A DNA stretch of 64,000 nucleotides from Smithella sp. PtaU1.Bin162 (GTDB lineage: Bacteria; Desulfobacterota; Syntrophia; Syntrophales; Smithellaceae). Shown piece by piece: positions 1 to 9,141 of the stretch. The translations under genes and the position numbers were made by a program. Below the pieces are notes generated by a model. The model was not told where the DNA came from and made no database searches. It saw only the letters and a list, made by a program, of their open reading frames with translations. The DNA lies in contig MVRV01000184.1 in the NCBI GenBank assembly GCA_002068015.1, positions 79,976 through 143,975 of the forward strand, in the 5' to 3' direction. How positions within the stretch are numbered: position 1 is the first letter of the stretch; each line of letters begins with the position of its first letter.

Positions 1-656
1 CCGGTTGCACATTAATCGGCGGAGAAACAGCGGAGATGCCCGGATTTTATAAACCAGGCGAATATGATCTGGCCGGCTTCTGTGTCGGTGCGGTTGACTC
101 GGAAAAACTTATTGACGGTTCAACAATAAGTGTTAATGACGTTATCATCGGAGTCGCATCGAGCGGCCTGCATAGTAACGGTTTTTCCCTGGCCCGTAAA
201 GTTTTATTGGAAAAAGGGAAATTAAAGGTTACCGATAAAATTTTGGGACTGGAAAAACCTATCGGAATGGAGCTTCTGGAACCTACAAGAATTTACGTTA
301 AACCACTGCTTAATCTTTTTAAAAATTTTAATATCAAAGGACTTGTTCATATAACCGGTGGCGGATTCTATGATAATATACCCAGGATAATTCCCCAGAC
401 CTGTCGTTGCGTAATTTCCCGAAACAGCTGGGAAGTTCCGCCTGTCTTCCAGGTTATTAAAGAAATAGGCAAGGTTGAAGAAAAAGAAATGTTCCGTGTT
501 TTTAATATGGGTATCGGCATGATGATTGTCGCTGCGGGAAAAGAATATAAAGAAGTCATTCACCGTTTGGAAGTACTGGGTGAAAAGGCATATATGATCG
601 GCAGCGTGGAGAAAAAGGAAAAGAAACAATCCCTGGTTTGCTTCAGTGATACTTGA
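1..656 (+). CDS. purM: phosphoribosylformylglycinamidine cyclo-ligase (AIR synthetase), C-terminal part; 5' end is upstream of the window
   Basis: The frame is open from base 3 (GCTLIGGETAEMPGFYKPGEYDLAGFCVGAV...). Also HSNGFSL and HITGGG motifs typical of PurM. The stop overlaps the start region of purN. Confidence 0.93.
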   Translation, partial: GCTLIGGETAEMPGFYKPGEYDLAGFCVGAVDSEKLIDGSTISVNDVIIGVASSGLHSNGFSLARKVLLEKGKLKVTDKILGLEKPIGMELLEPTRIYVKPLLNLFKNFNIKGLVHITGGGFYDNIPRIIPQTCRCVISRNSWEVPPVFQVIKEIGKVEEKEMFRVFNMGIGMMIVAAGKEYKEVIHRLEVLGEKAYMIGSVEKKEKKQSLVCFSDT

Positions 657-1333
657 TGGTAATCAAAATGACGGAACCATTAAAATTAGGCGTTTTAATT
701 TCCGGCAGCGGCTCCAATCTCCAATCAATTATCGATAATATCGAAAAAGACACTTTGAAAGCCGTAATTAAAATTGTCATCAGTAATAATAAGCATGCTT
801 TGGGACTGGAAAGAGCTCAAAAGCACGGCCTGTCTGTTGCCGTTTTGCAGCATGAGCATTTCAAAACCAGAGAAGATTTCGATACGGAGTTGATTCGAAT
901 ATTAAAAGATTATGAAATTGATCTGGTTGTACTGGCCGGATTCATGCGTATTCTAACCCCGGTTTTCTTACGAGCGTTCCCTCAGAAAATAATGAATATT
1001 CACCCTGCCCTCTTGCCCTCTTTTCGGGGAACTCATGGTCAAAAAAACGCCTATGAATACGGCGTAAAATTTTCCGGTTGTACAGTTCATTTTGTTAATG
1101 AAGGAGTTGACGACGGACCCATTATTATTCAAAGTGTTGTTCCCGTATTACAAAATGATACCGAAGAATCCCTTGCCTGCCGTATATTAAAAGAAGAGCA
1201 CCGGATTTATCCCAGGGCAATTCAACTTTTTGCCGAAGGCAGATTAAAAATAACGGGACGTAAAGTTCAGGTTAATAATGCTGAAGAAATAGATGAAATT
1301 GCATTGCATAACCCTGCTTTGGCAGGATTTTAA
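656..1333 (+). CDS. purN: phosphoribosylglycinamide formyltransferase
   Basis: LGVLISGSGSNLQ N-terminus, HPALLPSFRG and GCTVHFV..VDDGPII formyltransferase motifs. The start is ambiguous: TTG 653, ATG 656 (TGATG overlap with the purM stop) or ATG 668. Confidence 0.92.
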   Translation: MVIKMTEPLKLGVLISGSGSNLQSIIDNIEKDTLKAVIKIVISNNKHALGLERAQKHGLSVAVLQHEHFKTREDFDTELIRILKDYEIDLVVLAGFMRILTPVFLRAFPQKIMNIHPALLPSFRGTHGQKNAYEYGVKFSGCTVHFVNEGVDDGPIIIQSVVPVLQNDTEESLACRILKEEHRIYPRAIQLFAEGRLKITGRKVQVNNAEEIDEIALHNPALAGF

Positions 1334-1337
1334 TATC

Positions 1338-1781
1338 GTGTTTATTGTAAGCGCTTGCTTATTAGGCCTGAAATGTCGTTGGAACGGCTTAAAGTATCCG
1401 GCCGAAAAACGATTATTATATTTGTCTGGCGCAATTCCTCTTTGCCCGGAGCAATTGGGAGGACTTGCAACTCCGCGCGCGCCGGCACAAATAATTAACG
1501 GCAACGGCTTTGATGTCTTATCGGGTCGAGCCAGAGTTATTAATTCCGCTGGTATTGATGTTACTCTGGAATTTATAGCGGGTGCGCAGGAAGTATTAAA
1601 AATTGCCAGGCAGAATAAAATAAGCAGAGCCGTATTAAAGGAACGCAGCCCTTCTTGCGCTGTACACTGCCTTTATCAGGGCAAAGCACTGATCAGTGGA
1701 ATGGGCGTTACCAGTGCATTACTTCTTTCTGAAGATTTTGATGTTTTATCATCAGAGGAAATAGATAAATTGTATGCATGA
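1338..1781 (+). CDS. DUF523 family protein (YbbK / TudS-like Fe-S protein)
   Basis: ACLLGLKCRWNG ... LCPEQLGG ... ERSPSCAV pattern with three conserved Cys, typical of DUF523. I prefer GTG 1338 as start. The ORF-track ATG at 1293 would overlap purN by 41 nt. Confidence 0.7.
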   Translation: MFIVSACLLGLKCRWNGLKYPAEKRLLYLSGAIPLCPEQLGGLATPRAPAQIINGNGFDVLSGRARVINSAGIDVTLEFIAGAQEVLKIARQNKISRAVLKERSPSCAVHCLYQGKALISGMGVTSALLLSEDFDVLSSEEIDKLYA

Positions 1782-3216
1782 TTTGACAGTCATCGGCGAT
1801 GATCTTTCTGCACACACAGCGGCAGCTGTCGCGGCAAATTATGGTCTGGACACAATACTTATGGCTGAATACGGGACAGGTGGAGTTTGTCTGTTCGGCG
1901 ATTTTGCCTTTAATGTTGATCCCACACCCTTAAATGGTCTCGGAGTCAATCAGACTTGCCTTTCACTGCTTGCAGAGCTTGATATTCAGCCGATTGAGAG
2001 AGAAGGCCGTTTATTAAATCCTGCTTACCAAATAATATTGCCGGAACACCGGATTGATTTTTTTAATGAAAAAGAAGCTCTGATAAGCGAAATGTTCAGA
2101 GAGTTTCCTCGTGAAGCCAAAGAAATCAGTATCTTTTATGAATCAGTGATAAAAGAATGTGCAGTTTTCAGCCAGTGGTTGCGTAATCACCCTTACATCC
2201 GTCCCCTCAGCTTAAAAGATTGCTATCATTATTTTAAATTACTTCCTCATTTACTGAGGCATCAAGCCGATAATGCCAGGTTTAAAAATCTTTTGAAGCA
2301 CAATGCTGCCCTGAATAAAATATTTGAGGCACAGGAGGCATTGCTGGCCAGTAATATAGGTCACCAAAACAGTTTCTCCTCCAGTTTTCAATATTGTGCC
2401 CCTTTTCGCGGTATTTATCGTTTTCCCCAGGGGAAGCAGATCATTTTTAATTCACTGATTGAAAAATTAGAAGCAAATAAAGGGTTATATTTAAGTCATT
2501 GCAAAATATTAAGTATCAAAACAAGAGAAAAAGCAGTAGAAATTGAAGTTAACGATAGAACAGGTAATACCACTGTGATTTCATCAAAAAACCTGATTGT
2601 CAGCACCAAATGGGAAAAGATGGTTTTATTATTTGCCGGCAAACCGATGAATCTGGGCGACTGGATAAGTCCGGTTAAAGTCTTGTATTTACCTTTCACA
2701 ATTCATCTGGGTTGTGCCAGAAAGTGTGTCCCGGAAAAGATGGCATATCATCTGGCTTTGGTTTCCGATATCCAGAAAAATATTTTCGATGATAATCTGA
2801 TTATTTTGGAATCCAACATGCCGGATAATGAATCAATTTACCCTTCCGATAAATTGTCAATGACAGCAACCGTATTTTTACCGAATAATCCCCAAGCATG
2901 GTCCCGGGAAAATTTAGAAGTTACAGCTTCCTCAATTCTTGCACGAATGGAATTTTTCCTTCCTTTCTTAAAAGAAAATATAGAATTATTTGATCTTGAT
3001 AAATCCATCGAATTGTCTAAAACATCCCGTAGTGTGTTTAGCCCCAAATATAAAATTAATAATTCTCTTATTTCCTGCTTCGCCGCCCGGACAAACAAAA
3101 CACGCTTTAACAATGTGTTCCTCACCGGTGGATCGTTGCTTACAGATGCCGGATTTGAGGGAGAAATAATTTCCGGCATGAATGCAGCAGCCAGAGTAAT
3201 TGCCGGTGGAGTTTAA
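1774..3216 (+). CDS. phytoene-desaturase-like NAD(P)/FAD-dependent oxidoreductase family protein with a degenerate dinucleotide motif
   Basis: The N-terminus LTVIGDDLSAHTAAAVAANYGL resembles a Rossmann beta-alpha start. The C-terminus FLTGGSLLTDAGFEGEIISGMNAA is typical of the CrtI/amine-oxidase family. The start overlaps the DUF523 stop (ATGCATGA). Confidence 0.6.
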   Translation: MHDLTVIGDDLSAHTAAAVAANYGLDTILMAEYGTGGVCLFGDFAFNVDPTPLNGLGVNQTCLSLLAELDIQPIEREGRLLNPAYQIILPEHRIDFFNEKEALISEMFREFPREAKEISIFYESVIKECAVFSQWLRNHPYIRPLSLKDCYHYFKLLPHLLRHQADNARFKNLLKHNAALNKIFEAQEALLASNIGHQNSFSSSFQYCAPFRGIYRFPQGKQIIFNSLIEKLEANKGLYLSHCKILSIKTREKAVEIEVNDRTGNTTVISSKNLIVSTKWEKMVLLFAGKPMNLGDWISPVKVLYLPFTIHLGCARKCVPEKMAYHLALVSDIQKNIFDDNLIILESNMPDNESIYPSDKLSMTATVFLPNNPQAWSRENLEVTASSILARMEFFLPFLKENIELFDLDKSIELSKTSRSVFSPKYKINNSLISCFAARTNKTRFNNVFLTGGSLLTDAGFEGEIISGMNAAARVIAGGV

Positions 3217-3221
3217 TAATT

Positions 3222-4529
3222 ATGAGCTCTCCAGTATATGATTTTACCATAGCCGATTTAGGTAAAAGAAAATTTACTTCACCCTTAAATATCAGCAATT
3301 TTACAACTGAAAATAAACGATTGCTTCTGGACGGCTATCTCCGTAACGATGCTGGAGACGGAAACCGGCAGACCATACCTCTTTCCATTGAATTAGCCGG
3401 CCCACGCAAGGACATTTTCTTTGATCCGGGTATGACAAAAGCGGCTATTGTCACATGTGGCGGTCTTTGCCCCGGTATTAATGATGTTATCCGATCAATT
3501 ACCATGCAACTCTTTTACCGTTACGGCATCAAAAATATTTACGGTATTCGATACGGTTTTCGCGGATTGATTCCGGAATTTGGACACCGGATGGTTCAAC
3601 TTTCACCGGAAATGGTTAAAGATATAACAAGCATCGGAGGAAGTTTTCTTTCCTGTTCCCGGGGACATCAGGACATTAATAAGATAGTAAAATCGCTTTC
3701 TGATCACCGGATAGATATCCTTTTCTGTATCGGCGGCGATGGAACCATGCGGGCCGTACAGAAAATAACAGAAAAAATAAGCGAACTTGGTTTAAACATC
3801 TCCGTTGTCGGTATTCCCAAAACAATTGATAATGATCTTAACCTGATTCAGAAATCCTTCGGTTTTGATACGGCCATTGCGGAAACTGTTCACGCTATTC
3901 GCTGTGCTCATGTTGAGGCCAAAGGTGCCATAAACGGCATCGGTCTGATTAAAATAATGGGCAGGCTCTCCGGTCACATTGCGGCCAGTGCCGCCCTTGC
4001 CCAAAATGATACAAATTTCGTATTAATTCCCGAGGTTCCTTTTGCCCTTACCGGTAAGAACGGATTTTTGGCGTTTCTCGAAAAGCGCATTAAATTCAGT
4101 GGCCATGCCGTTGTTCTGGTTGCCGAAGGTGCCGGTCAGGATCTTTTAAGAAAATCTGATGAATTGATCGAGACTGATCCTTCCGGTAATTTACGGCTGC
4201 ATGATGTTGGTATTTTTCTGAAAAATGAAATTGAGAAATATTTCCAAAAAATAAATTTGGAAATTAATTTAAAATACATTGAACCAAGTTATATGATCCG
4301 TTCCGTTCCGGCTAACGCTTCCGACAGCATCTATTGCAGTTCGTTGGGACAATATGCAGTTCATGCCGCCATGGCCGGTAAAACCGGTCTGCTGGTTGCT
4401 CTGATGAAAGACGAATATGTGCATTTACCCTTGAGCGCCGCCTTATCCCGCCGCAAAATCGACCCGCGGGGAGATTTATGGTCGCGTGTTTTGGAGGCAA
4501 CAGGGCAACCGCACTCTATGAAAGATTAA
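3222..4529 (+). CDS. pfkA: 6-phosphofructokinase (PfkA family, long clade)
   Basis: [18 protein letters not shown] and PKTIDND motifs. The start is 5 nt after the preceding stop. Confidence 0.88.
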   Translation: MSSPVYDFTIADLGKRKFTSPLNISNFTTENKRLLLDGYLRNDAGDGNRQTIPLSIELAGPRKDIFFDPGMTKAAIVTCGGLCPGINDVIRSITMQLFYRYGIKNIYGIRYGFRGLIPEFGHRMVQLSPEMVKDITSIGGSFLSCSRGHQDINKIVKSLSDHRIDILFCIGGDGTMRAVQKITEKISELGLNISVVGIPKTIDNDLNLIQKSFGFDTAIAETVHAIRCAHVEAKGAINGIGLIKIMGRLSGHIAASAALAQNDTNFVLIPEVPFALTGKNGFLAFLEKRIKFSGHAVVLVAEGAGQDLLRKSDELIETDPSGNLRLHDVGIFLKNEIEKYFQKINLEINLKYIEPSYMIRSVPANASDSIYCSSLGQYAVHAAMAGKTGLLVALMKDEYVHLPLSAALSRRKIDPRGDLWSRVLEATGQPHSMKD

Positions 4530-4545
4530 ATTAATAAAAAAATGC

Positions 4546-4574
4546 TTGCATTATAACGTCTTATGGTTTAGTAA
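4546..4574 (+). promoter_or_regulatory. candidate sigma70 promoter for rpmB
   Basis: TTGCAT (4546-4551), 17-nt spacer, TAGTAA (4569-4574). GGAGGA Shine-Dalgarno at 4591-4596. Confidence 0.35.
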
Positions 4575-4602
4575 CGACGCACATTTTTTAGGAGGATTTT
4601 TC

Positions 4603-4800
4603 ATGTCTCGTGTTTGTGAAATTTGCGGCAAAAAGCCGTCCGTAGGTAATAATGTCAGTCATGCCAACAATAAAACAAAAACGGCATGGCTTCCTAATCT
4701 GCAAAAATTACGTTGCGTTGATGATAAATCAGGAAAAGTAAAGAGAGTTAAAGTATGCACTCGTTGCATCCGTTCGGGCTTTGTGAAAAAGGCTACGTAA
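4603..4800 (+). CDS. rpmB: 50S ribosomal protein L28
   Basis: [26 protein letters not shown]... is a canonical L28. ATG 4603 is preceded by GGAGGA. The ORF-track start at 4546 is an upstream extension. Confidence 0.95.
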   Translation: MSRVCEICGKKPSVGNNVSHANNKTKTAWLPNLQKLRCVDDKSGKVKRVKVCTRCIRSGFVKKAT

Positions 4801-5587
4801 CTGGCGGCAGCCAGCCGTGTTTTTTTACAGCTTCCGCAGCTTCTCTCAAAAAGATTTCGTTATCACCGAGTAACTCTCTTGCTTGAAGAAAAATGTTTTT
4901 AATGTCGGGACAATATAATTGCTCATTATTCCGCAGGCCGAATTTGTCTGCATAGAGTCGAATCCGGCCATCAATATTCATTATTTTCTGAAGCCTTTCT
5001 TTTGTTACATAAGAACATGCCCTTTTTAATACTTCACGGATTTCTTTTTCGCCCAGGCCGTAAAGCCAGTTTATTGTGGCAATAAATTCATCGGTACTAT
5101 TTTCAGTTGTGCTTAGGACGGCTTCTGCCAAAAGCCCGATTGTCTGATTGTTGTTGATTTGATCCATAATGGCAAGGTCATAGATCATTTCAACCACCAG
5201 ATGGGAACGATACACTGCTTCATTATATGATACTTCCCTGTTGAGCTTTTTTTGAAATTCCATGATCGGCCGGACCAATGCTTTTCCTTTAATATATGAA
5301 TAGCCCTGAGAATCCGGATTAAAATCAGCCGGGATTCCTGAACATATTAACCCATAGTGAGCCAGGTCATCAAACAGTAAATGGAACATAATATAGGCGG
5401 CTTTGGGATAAAGGGGTGGAATTCGCCGCAATCTTTTAATTTTATGTGTTTGCCGGGAAGTAATGGCCGGATGAATAGTCAGTAAATCAGGTACTATATT
5501 GTAGACGAAAACATCCGGATTAATTTTTTTTACCCCAAGAGTATCTAAGAAATTCTGCAAGAAATATGTATGGGTAAGCATGAGCAT
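4793..5587 (-). CDS. hypothetical protein (possibly a metal-dependent hydrolase, phospholipase-C-like fold)
   Basis: 264-aa ORF with coding-like composition. An N-terminal LTHTYF plus [12 protein letters not shown] His/Asp pattern gives only weak family recognition. Confidence 0.5.
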   Translation of the reverse strand: MLMLTHTYFLQNFLDTLGVKKINPDVFVYNIVPDLLTIHPAITSRQTHKIKRLRRIPPLYPKAAYIMFHLLFDDLAHYGLICSGIPADFNPDSQGYSYIKGKALVRPIMEFQKKLNREVSYNEAVYRSHLVVEMIYDLAIMDQINNNQTIGLLAEAVLSTTENSTDEFIATINWLYGLGEKEIREVLKRACSYVTKERLQKIMNIDGRIRLYADKFGLRNNEQLYCPDIKNIFLQARELLGDNEIFLREAAEAVKKHGWLPPVT

Positions 5588-5663
5588 AAGATTTAGTTCT
5601 TCAATACGGACAATTTAAATAAGATCAAAGGAAGACAATAGAACAGCAAACAACCCTCATTAA

Positions 5664-5876
5664 TCAGTAATATTTTATCTCTTCCAGAAAATACTTATTT
5701 TTTAGGCTTTCCATGACACAAACTATTTCCTGAACAAAATCGGGCATAATGCAAATTTGTATAATTGCGGAATGGGAATCAATAGTTGAAACTGTAGCCA
5801 TGCCTTCATAGCCTTCAACTATAAATTGAACCGGAGCAATATGATTCCGCTTTAATTTAAACCATTTTTTAATCAT
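5664..5876 (-). CDS. DUF4911-like small protein
   Basis: 70 aa. IAPVQFIVEGYEGMATVSTID... resembles the DUF4911 signature as I recall it. It lies upstream of, and co-oriented with, the 264-aa ORF. Confidence 0.5.
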   Translation of the reverse strand: MIKKWFKLKRNHIAPVQFIVEGYEGMATVSTIDSHSAIIQICIMPDFVQEIVCVMESLKNKYFLEEIKYY

Positions 5877-6047
5877 TGTTTATATTTAGCATTGATCACT
5901 TCAAAGATCAAGTTGATGACCATAAGTTGTATAATTAGAAGATTTAATGACAGGCAAAAGAAATTAAATAAAGTTAACAATACAAATAGCATAGCTTTAA
6001 AAAAGAAACCGAGAGTCTTATTATTTTTGAAAAAAAATAATGAAACC

Positions 6048-6075
6048 TTGACATCGGGATTAACCTTGATAGAAT
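6048..6075 (+). promoter_or_regulatory. candidate sigma70 promoter for recJ (extended -10)
   Basis: TTGACA (6048-6053), 16-nt spacer, TGaTAGAAT (6067-6075), about 30 nt upstream of the recJ ATG. Confidence 0.5.
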
Positions 6076-6105
6076 ACACCCAGAGAAAAATTAAAAGATA
6101 GAATA

Positions 6106-7845
6106 ATGACACTTGTTAAAGCGCTGCCGGCAACACAATGGAAAATTAGAGAAACCGGTAACAAAGAACTGGAAAATTCGTTAAGTAAAGAATTTGACAT
6201 ACACCCGATTATTTCCCAGATACTTGCTAATCGGGATCTTGCTGGCATAGAAGGTACCCGTCGTTATCTCAATCCATCTCTCAGTGATTTGCACAGTCCA
6301 TTCTTGATGAAGGACATGAAAGCGGGAATTCAGCGCCTGCTGAAAGCAATTCATAATAATGAAAAAATTGTAATATATGGTGACTATGATGCAGATGGAA
6401 TAACATCCGTGGTCATTCTCTTTAAATTCATTAAAGAAATCGGAGCTAATGTCACTTATTACATTCCGGACCGTGTTCAAGAAGGCTATGGTTTAAAAAA
6501 CAAGGCCATCGATAAATTCAAAGATAACAATGTTAATTTGATTATTACCGTTGATTGTGGAATTTCTGATTATGATCAGATATCCTATGCCCGGTCTCTG
6601 GGCATCGATACTATTGTTTTGGACCATCATGCCATCTCCGGCACTCTACCGCCCTCCGTTGCCAACATCAATCCCAATCGTGAAGACTGTACCTTCCCTT
6701 TTAAAGAACTGGCCGGTGTCGGCATTGCTTACAATTTTCTGATTGCCTTGCGTGGCAGCCTGCGTAAAGAAGGCTTCTGGAAAGATGAAAATTATCCTAA
6801 CTTAAAAGAATATTTAGATATTGTAGCTTTGGGAACTATCGGTGATATTGCACCGCTGATAGATGAAAACAGGATATTTGCCAAAATCGGCCTGGAGTTA
6901 ATCATTGCAGGCAAACGCCCGGGAATAAGGGCACTTAAAGAAGTTAGCGGCATCGAAGGACAGATTATCGATTCTTTCAAAGCATCTTTTTGTCTTATCC
7001 CGCGTATAAATGCGGCAGGACGCATTGCTTCCCCGCTCGATGCCGTAGCTCTTCTTCTCACGGAAGACATGGAAGAGGCCAGAACGCTCGCGGGAAAGCT
7101 TGATATATATAACCGCCGCCGGCAATCAATGGAAAAAATAATATTAAATGAAATACTGGAAAAAATCAGCAATAATCCCGACATTGAAAAAATTAATGCA
7201 CTGGTTTTTGCATCAGACAAATGGCATCCGGGAGTAGTAGGTATCGTTGCTTCCCGGCTTGTTGATTTGTTCAACCGTCCGGCGTTTGTTATTAGTTTAA
7301 AAGACGGTATCGGCAAGGGATCCGGCCGCAGTGTTTCTGATTTTAATATTTATAAAGGAATTGAGCAGTGTGCCTCTTTATTACTTTCCTATGGCGGACA
7401 TTGCCATGCCGCAGGCATTTCCATCAAAGAAGATGATATTGATGAGTTTGCCTGTCTTCTGGATGAAATAATTATTGACAGCGGTCAATTTTCCGATCTT
7501 GTTTCTCAAACAATTATTGATTCTGAATGTCGGCTTAAAGATATAAACTTTAGCTTAGTTAATCAGATGCAGATGCTCGCACCTTTTGGCAGTAAAAATC
7601 CGGAACCGGTACTGTGTGCCCGTAATATCAAAGTTTCATCACCTAATATTGTCGGTAATAATCACTTGAAAATGCATCTTACCAGCAACGGCATGTCCTG
7701 CAATTCCATTTGGTTTGCAATGGGCGGCTATCTAAATAAAATTGCCGATACGCATGTTGATATCGCCTTTACCCCGCAGATCAACCAATGGAACGGCTCT
7801 TCCGATATTCAATTAAAAATGAAGGATATGACAATTCTTCTTTAA
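6106..7845 (+). CDS. recJ: single-stranded-DNA-specific exonuclease RecJ
   Basis: DHH family motifs (IYGDYDADGITS, VDCG, LDHH), a DHHA1-like GGHCHAAG, and a C-terminal OB-like region. Confidence 0.93.
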   Translation: MTLVKALPATQWKIRETGNKELENSLSKEFDIHPIISQILANRDLAGIEGTRRYLNPSLSDLHSPFLMKDMKAGIQRLLKAIHNNEKIVIYGDYDADGITSVVILFKFIKEIGANVTYYIPDRVQEGYGLKNKAIDKFKDNNVNLIITVDCGISDYDQISYARSLGIDTIVLDHHAISGTLPPSVANINPNREDCTFPFKELAGVGIAYNFLIALRGSLRKEGFWKDENYPNLKEYLDIVALGTIGDIAPLIDENRIFAKIGLELIIAGKRPGIRALKEVSGIEGQIIDSFKASFCLIPRINAAGRIASPLDAVALLLTEDMEEARTLAGKLDIYNRRRQSMEKIILNEILEKISNNPDIEKINALVFASDKWHPGVVGIVASRLVDLFNRPAFVISLKDGIGKGSGRSVSDFNIYKGIEQCASLLLSYGGHCHAAGISIKEDDIDEFACLLDEIIIDSGQFSDLVSQTIIDSECRLKDINFSLVNQMQMLAPFGSKNPEPVLCARNIKVSSPNIVGNNHLKMHLTSNGMSCNSIWFAMGGYLNKIADTHVDIAFTPQINQWNGSSDIQLKMKDMTILL

Positions 7846-7874
7846 TTTTTGATATTTCTAAAAAGGAAGAATGC

Positions 7875-8243
7875 ATGAATTTAGCAGTCAGAGCGGCATT
7901 ATACAACGCTTTACTTTTCCCAGGCTGGGGACATTTTTATTTAAAAAAATATAAACGCGGAATGTTGTTTCTTCTCCCTGTACTGGCCGGAATGCTGATG
8001 ATTTGCGGGGCCGTATTTCAAATCGCTGTGCAGATTGTTAAGACAGCTCCTTTGAAAAAAGGAGAGGTAGACATAGCGGCAATTGTAAAATTAGCTCTTC
8101 AGGCATTCGGGGCAATTGATCTCGGTTATTTTTCCATATTGGTTCTGATTATTGTCCTTTTATGGGCAGCGGCAATAATCGATGCCTACCTGATAGGGAA
8201 AAAGCGTATGAAGGAACATGCCGTTTGTGAAAATCAATGCTAA
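7875..8243 (+). CDS. small integral membrane protein
   Basis: ATG 7875 is preceded by AAGGAAG. LLFPGWGHFYLKKYKRG motif followed by hydrophobic helices. The ORF-track start at 7788 overlaps recJ. Confidence 0.6.
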   Translation: MNLAVRAALYNALLFPGWGHFYLKKYKRGMLFLLPVLAGMLMICGAVFQIAVQIVKTAPLKKGEVDIAAIVKLALQAFGAIDLGYFSILVLIIVLLWAAAIIDAYLIGKKRMKEHAVCENQC

Positions 8244-8274
8244 TTTTAATTTTGTTTCTGACGCCTTGTTTTCA

Positions 8275-9075
8275 TCACAGCCAGCGTTTGCGACGGCGAT
8301 ATGATTTCACATCTTTATAAGATTTGGCAACGCCTGATGCCGCCATGCCCAGATAAAATTCCTTTACGTCCGGATTTTCGGATAATTCTTTGGCAGTACC
8401 TTCCATAACAATCTTGCCGTTTTCCATAACATATCCGTAATGTGCAACTTGCAGTGCCATATTGGCATTTTGCTCCACTAAAATAATTGTAGTGTCGTGT
8501 TCTTCATTAATTTTTTTAATTATATTAAATATTTCTTTAACTACAAGAGGAGCCAGCCCTAAAGATGGTTCATCCAGCATTAAAAGCTGCGGATGGGCCA
8601 TCAAAGCCCGGCCGATAACGAGCATCTGCAGCTCTCCACCACTGCAATATCCGGCAAGAGACTTTCTTCTGGCCACCAGTGCGGGGAAATAATTATAAAC
8701 CAGTTCCAGGTCCTGTTTATACGGCTTGCCTATTCTTGTTGCCGTTCCGACTCGTAAATTTTCTTCGATAGTTAAATATTTGAACGGCTGGCGTCCTTCC
8801 AGTACCTGAATGATTCCCTGACGAGTAATATATTCCGGAGACTGGTTTTGAATGTTTTTATTCTCGTATATAATTGATCCATCCGTCACTTCTCCGTTTT
8901 CTGGTTTAAGTAAACCGGATATTGCTTTGAGAGTTGTTGTCTTGCCGGCACCATTGCTACCCAGAAGAGATACGATATGTCCTTTTTCCACACTCAAAGA
9001 AACGCCTTTTAATACCTGGATAACATCTGAATACACAACAGATATGTTATTTATTTGTAAAAGTATTTCACCCAT
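8275..9075 (-). CDS. ABC transporter ATP-binding protein, LivF-like, with a basic C-terminal tail
   Basis: Walker A GSNGAGKTT, signature SGGELQ, Walker B LLMLDEPS. ATG 9075 is preceded by GGGAGTAAGGAA. About 24 aa follow the usual ..EFYLG end (..KSYRRRKRWL). Confidence 0.9.
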   Translation of the reverse strand: MGEILLQINNISVVYSDVIQVLKGVSLSVEKGHIVSLLGSNGAGKTTTLKAISGLLKPENGEVTDGSIIYENKNIQNQSPEYITRQGIIQVLEGRQPFKYLTIEENLRVGTATRIGKPYKQDLELVYNYFPALVARRKSLAGYCSGGELQMLVIGRALMAHPQLLMLDEPSLGLAPLVVKEIFNIIKKINEEHDTTIILVEQNANMALQVAHYGYVMENGKIVMEGTAKELSENPDVKEFYLGMAASGVAKSYKDVKSYRRRKRWL

Positions 9076-9141
9076 AATATTCCTTACTCCCGCCAGCAGG
9101 AATAATCTTAAAATTACCAGCCCTGCTTTCATGCCGGTTTT

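Noticed and set aside
222-629. 135-aa and 63-aa minus-strand ORFs inside purM. Analogous antisense ORFs lie inside other genes: 6792-7316 in recJ, 29167-29652 in dctP, 37593-38123 in rseP, 41216-41698 opposite frr/uppS, 43096-43590 opposite tsf/rpsB, 44490-44882 in argJ, and 53286-53690 in the ldt gene.
   Set aside because: These are shadow ORFs on the strand opposite well-supported conserved genes. Their sequences are low-complexity or compositionally odd, and they lack Shine-Dalgarno sites.
5873-6112. 79-aa (minus) and 69-aa (plus) ORFs in the AT-rich region between the DUF4911 gene and recJ
   Set aside because: They overlap each other and have Lys/Asn/Phe/Leu-rich composition typical of random AT-rich DNA. 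The region is better explained as a divergent promoter region, including a near-consensus recJ promoter.
9076-9132. Longer N-terminal extensions offered by the ORF track: LivF-like 9132, binding protein 15172, response regulator 16770, rpsB 44178, arnT 62645, L28 4546, membrane protein 7788, comEC 18532, HMGL enzyme 24176
   Set aside because: In each case an internal ATG is preceded by a good Shine-Dalgarno and gives the N-terminus typical of the family. The longer forms overlap neighbouring genes or add non-homologous residues.
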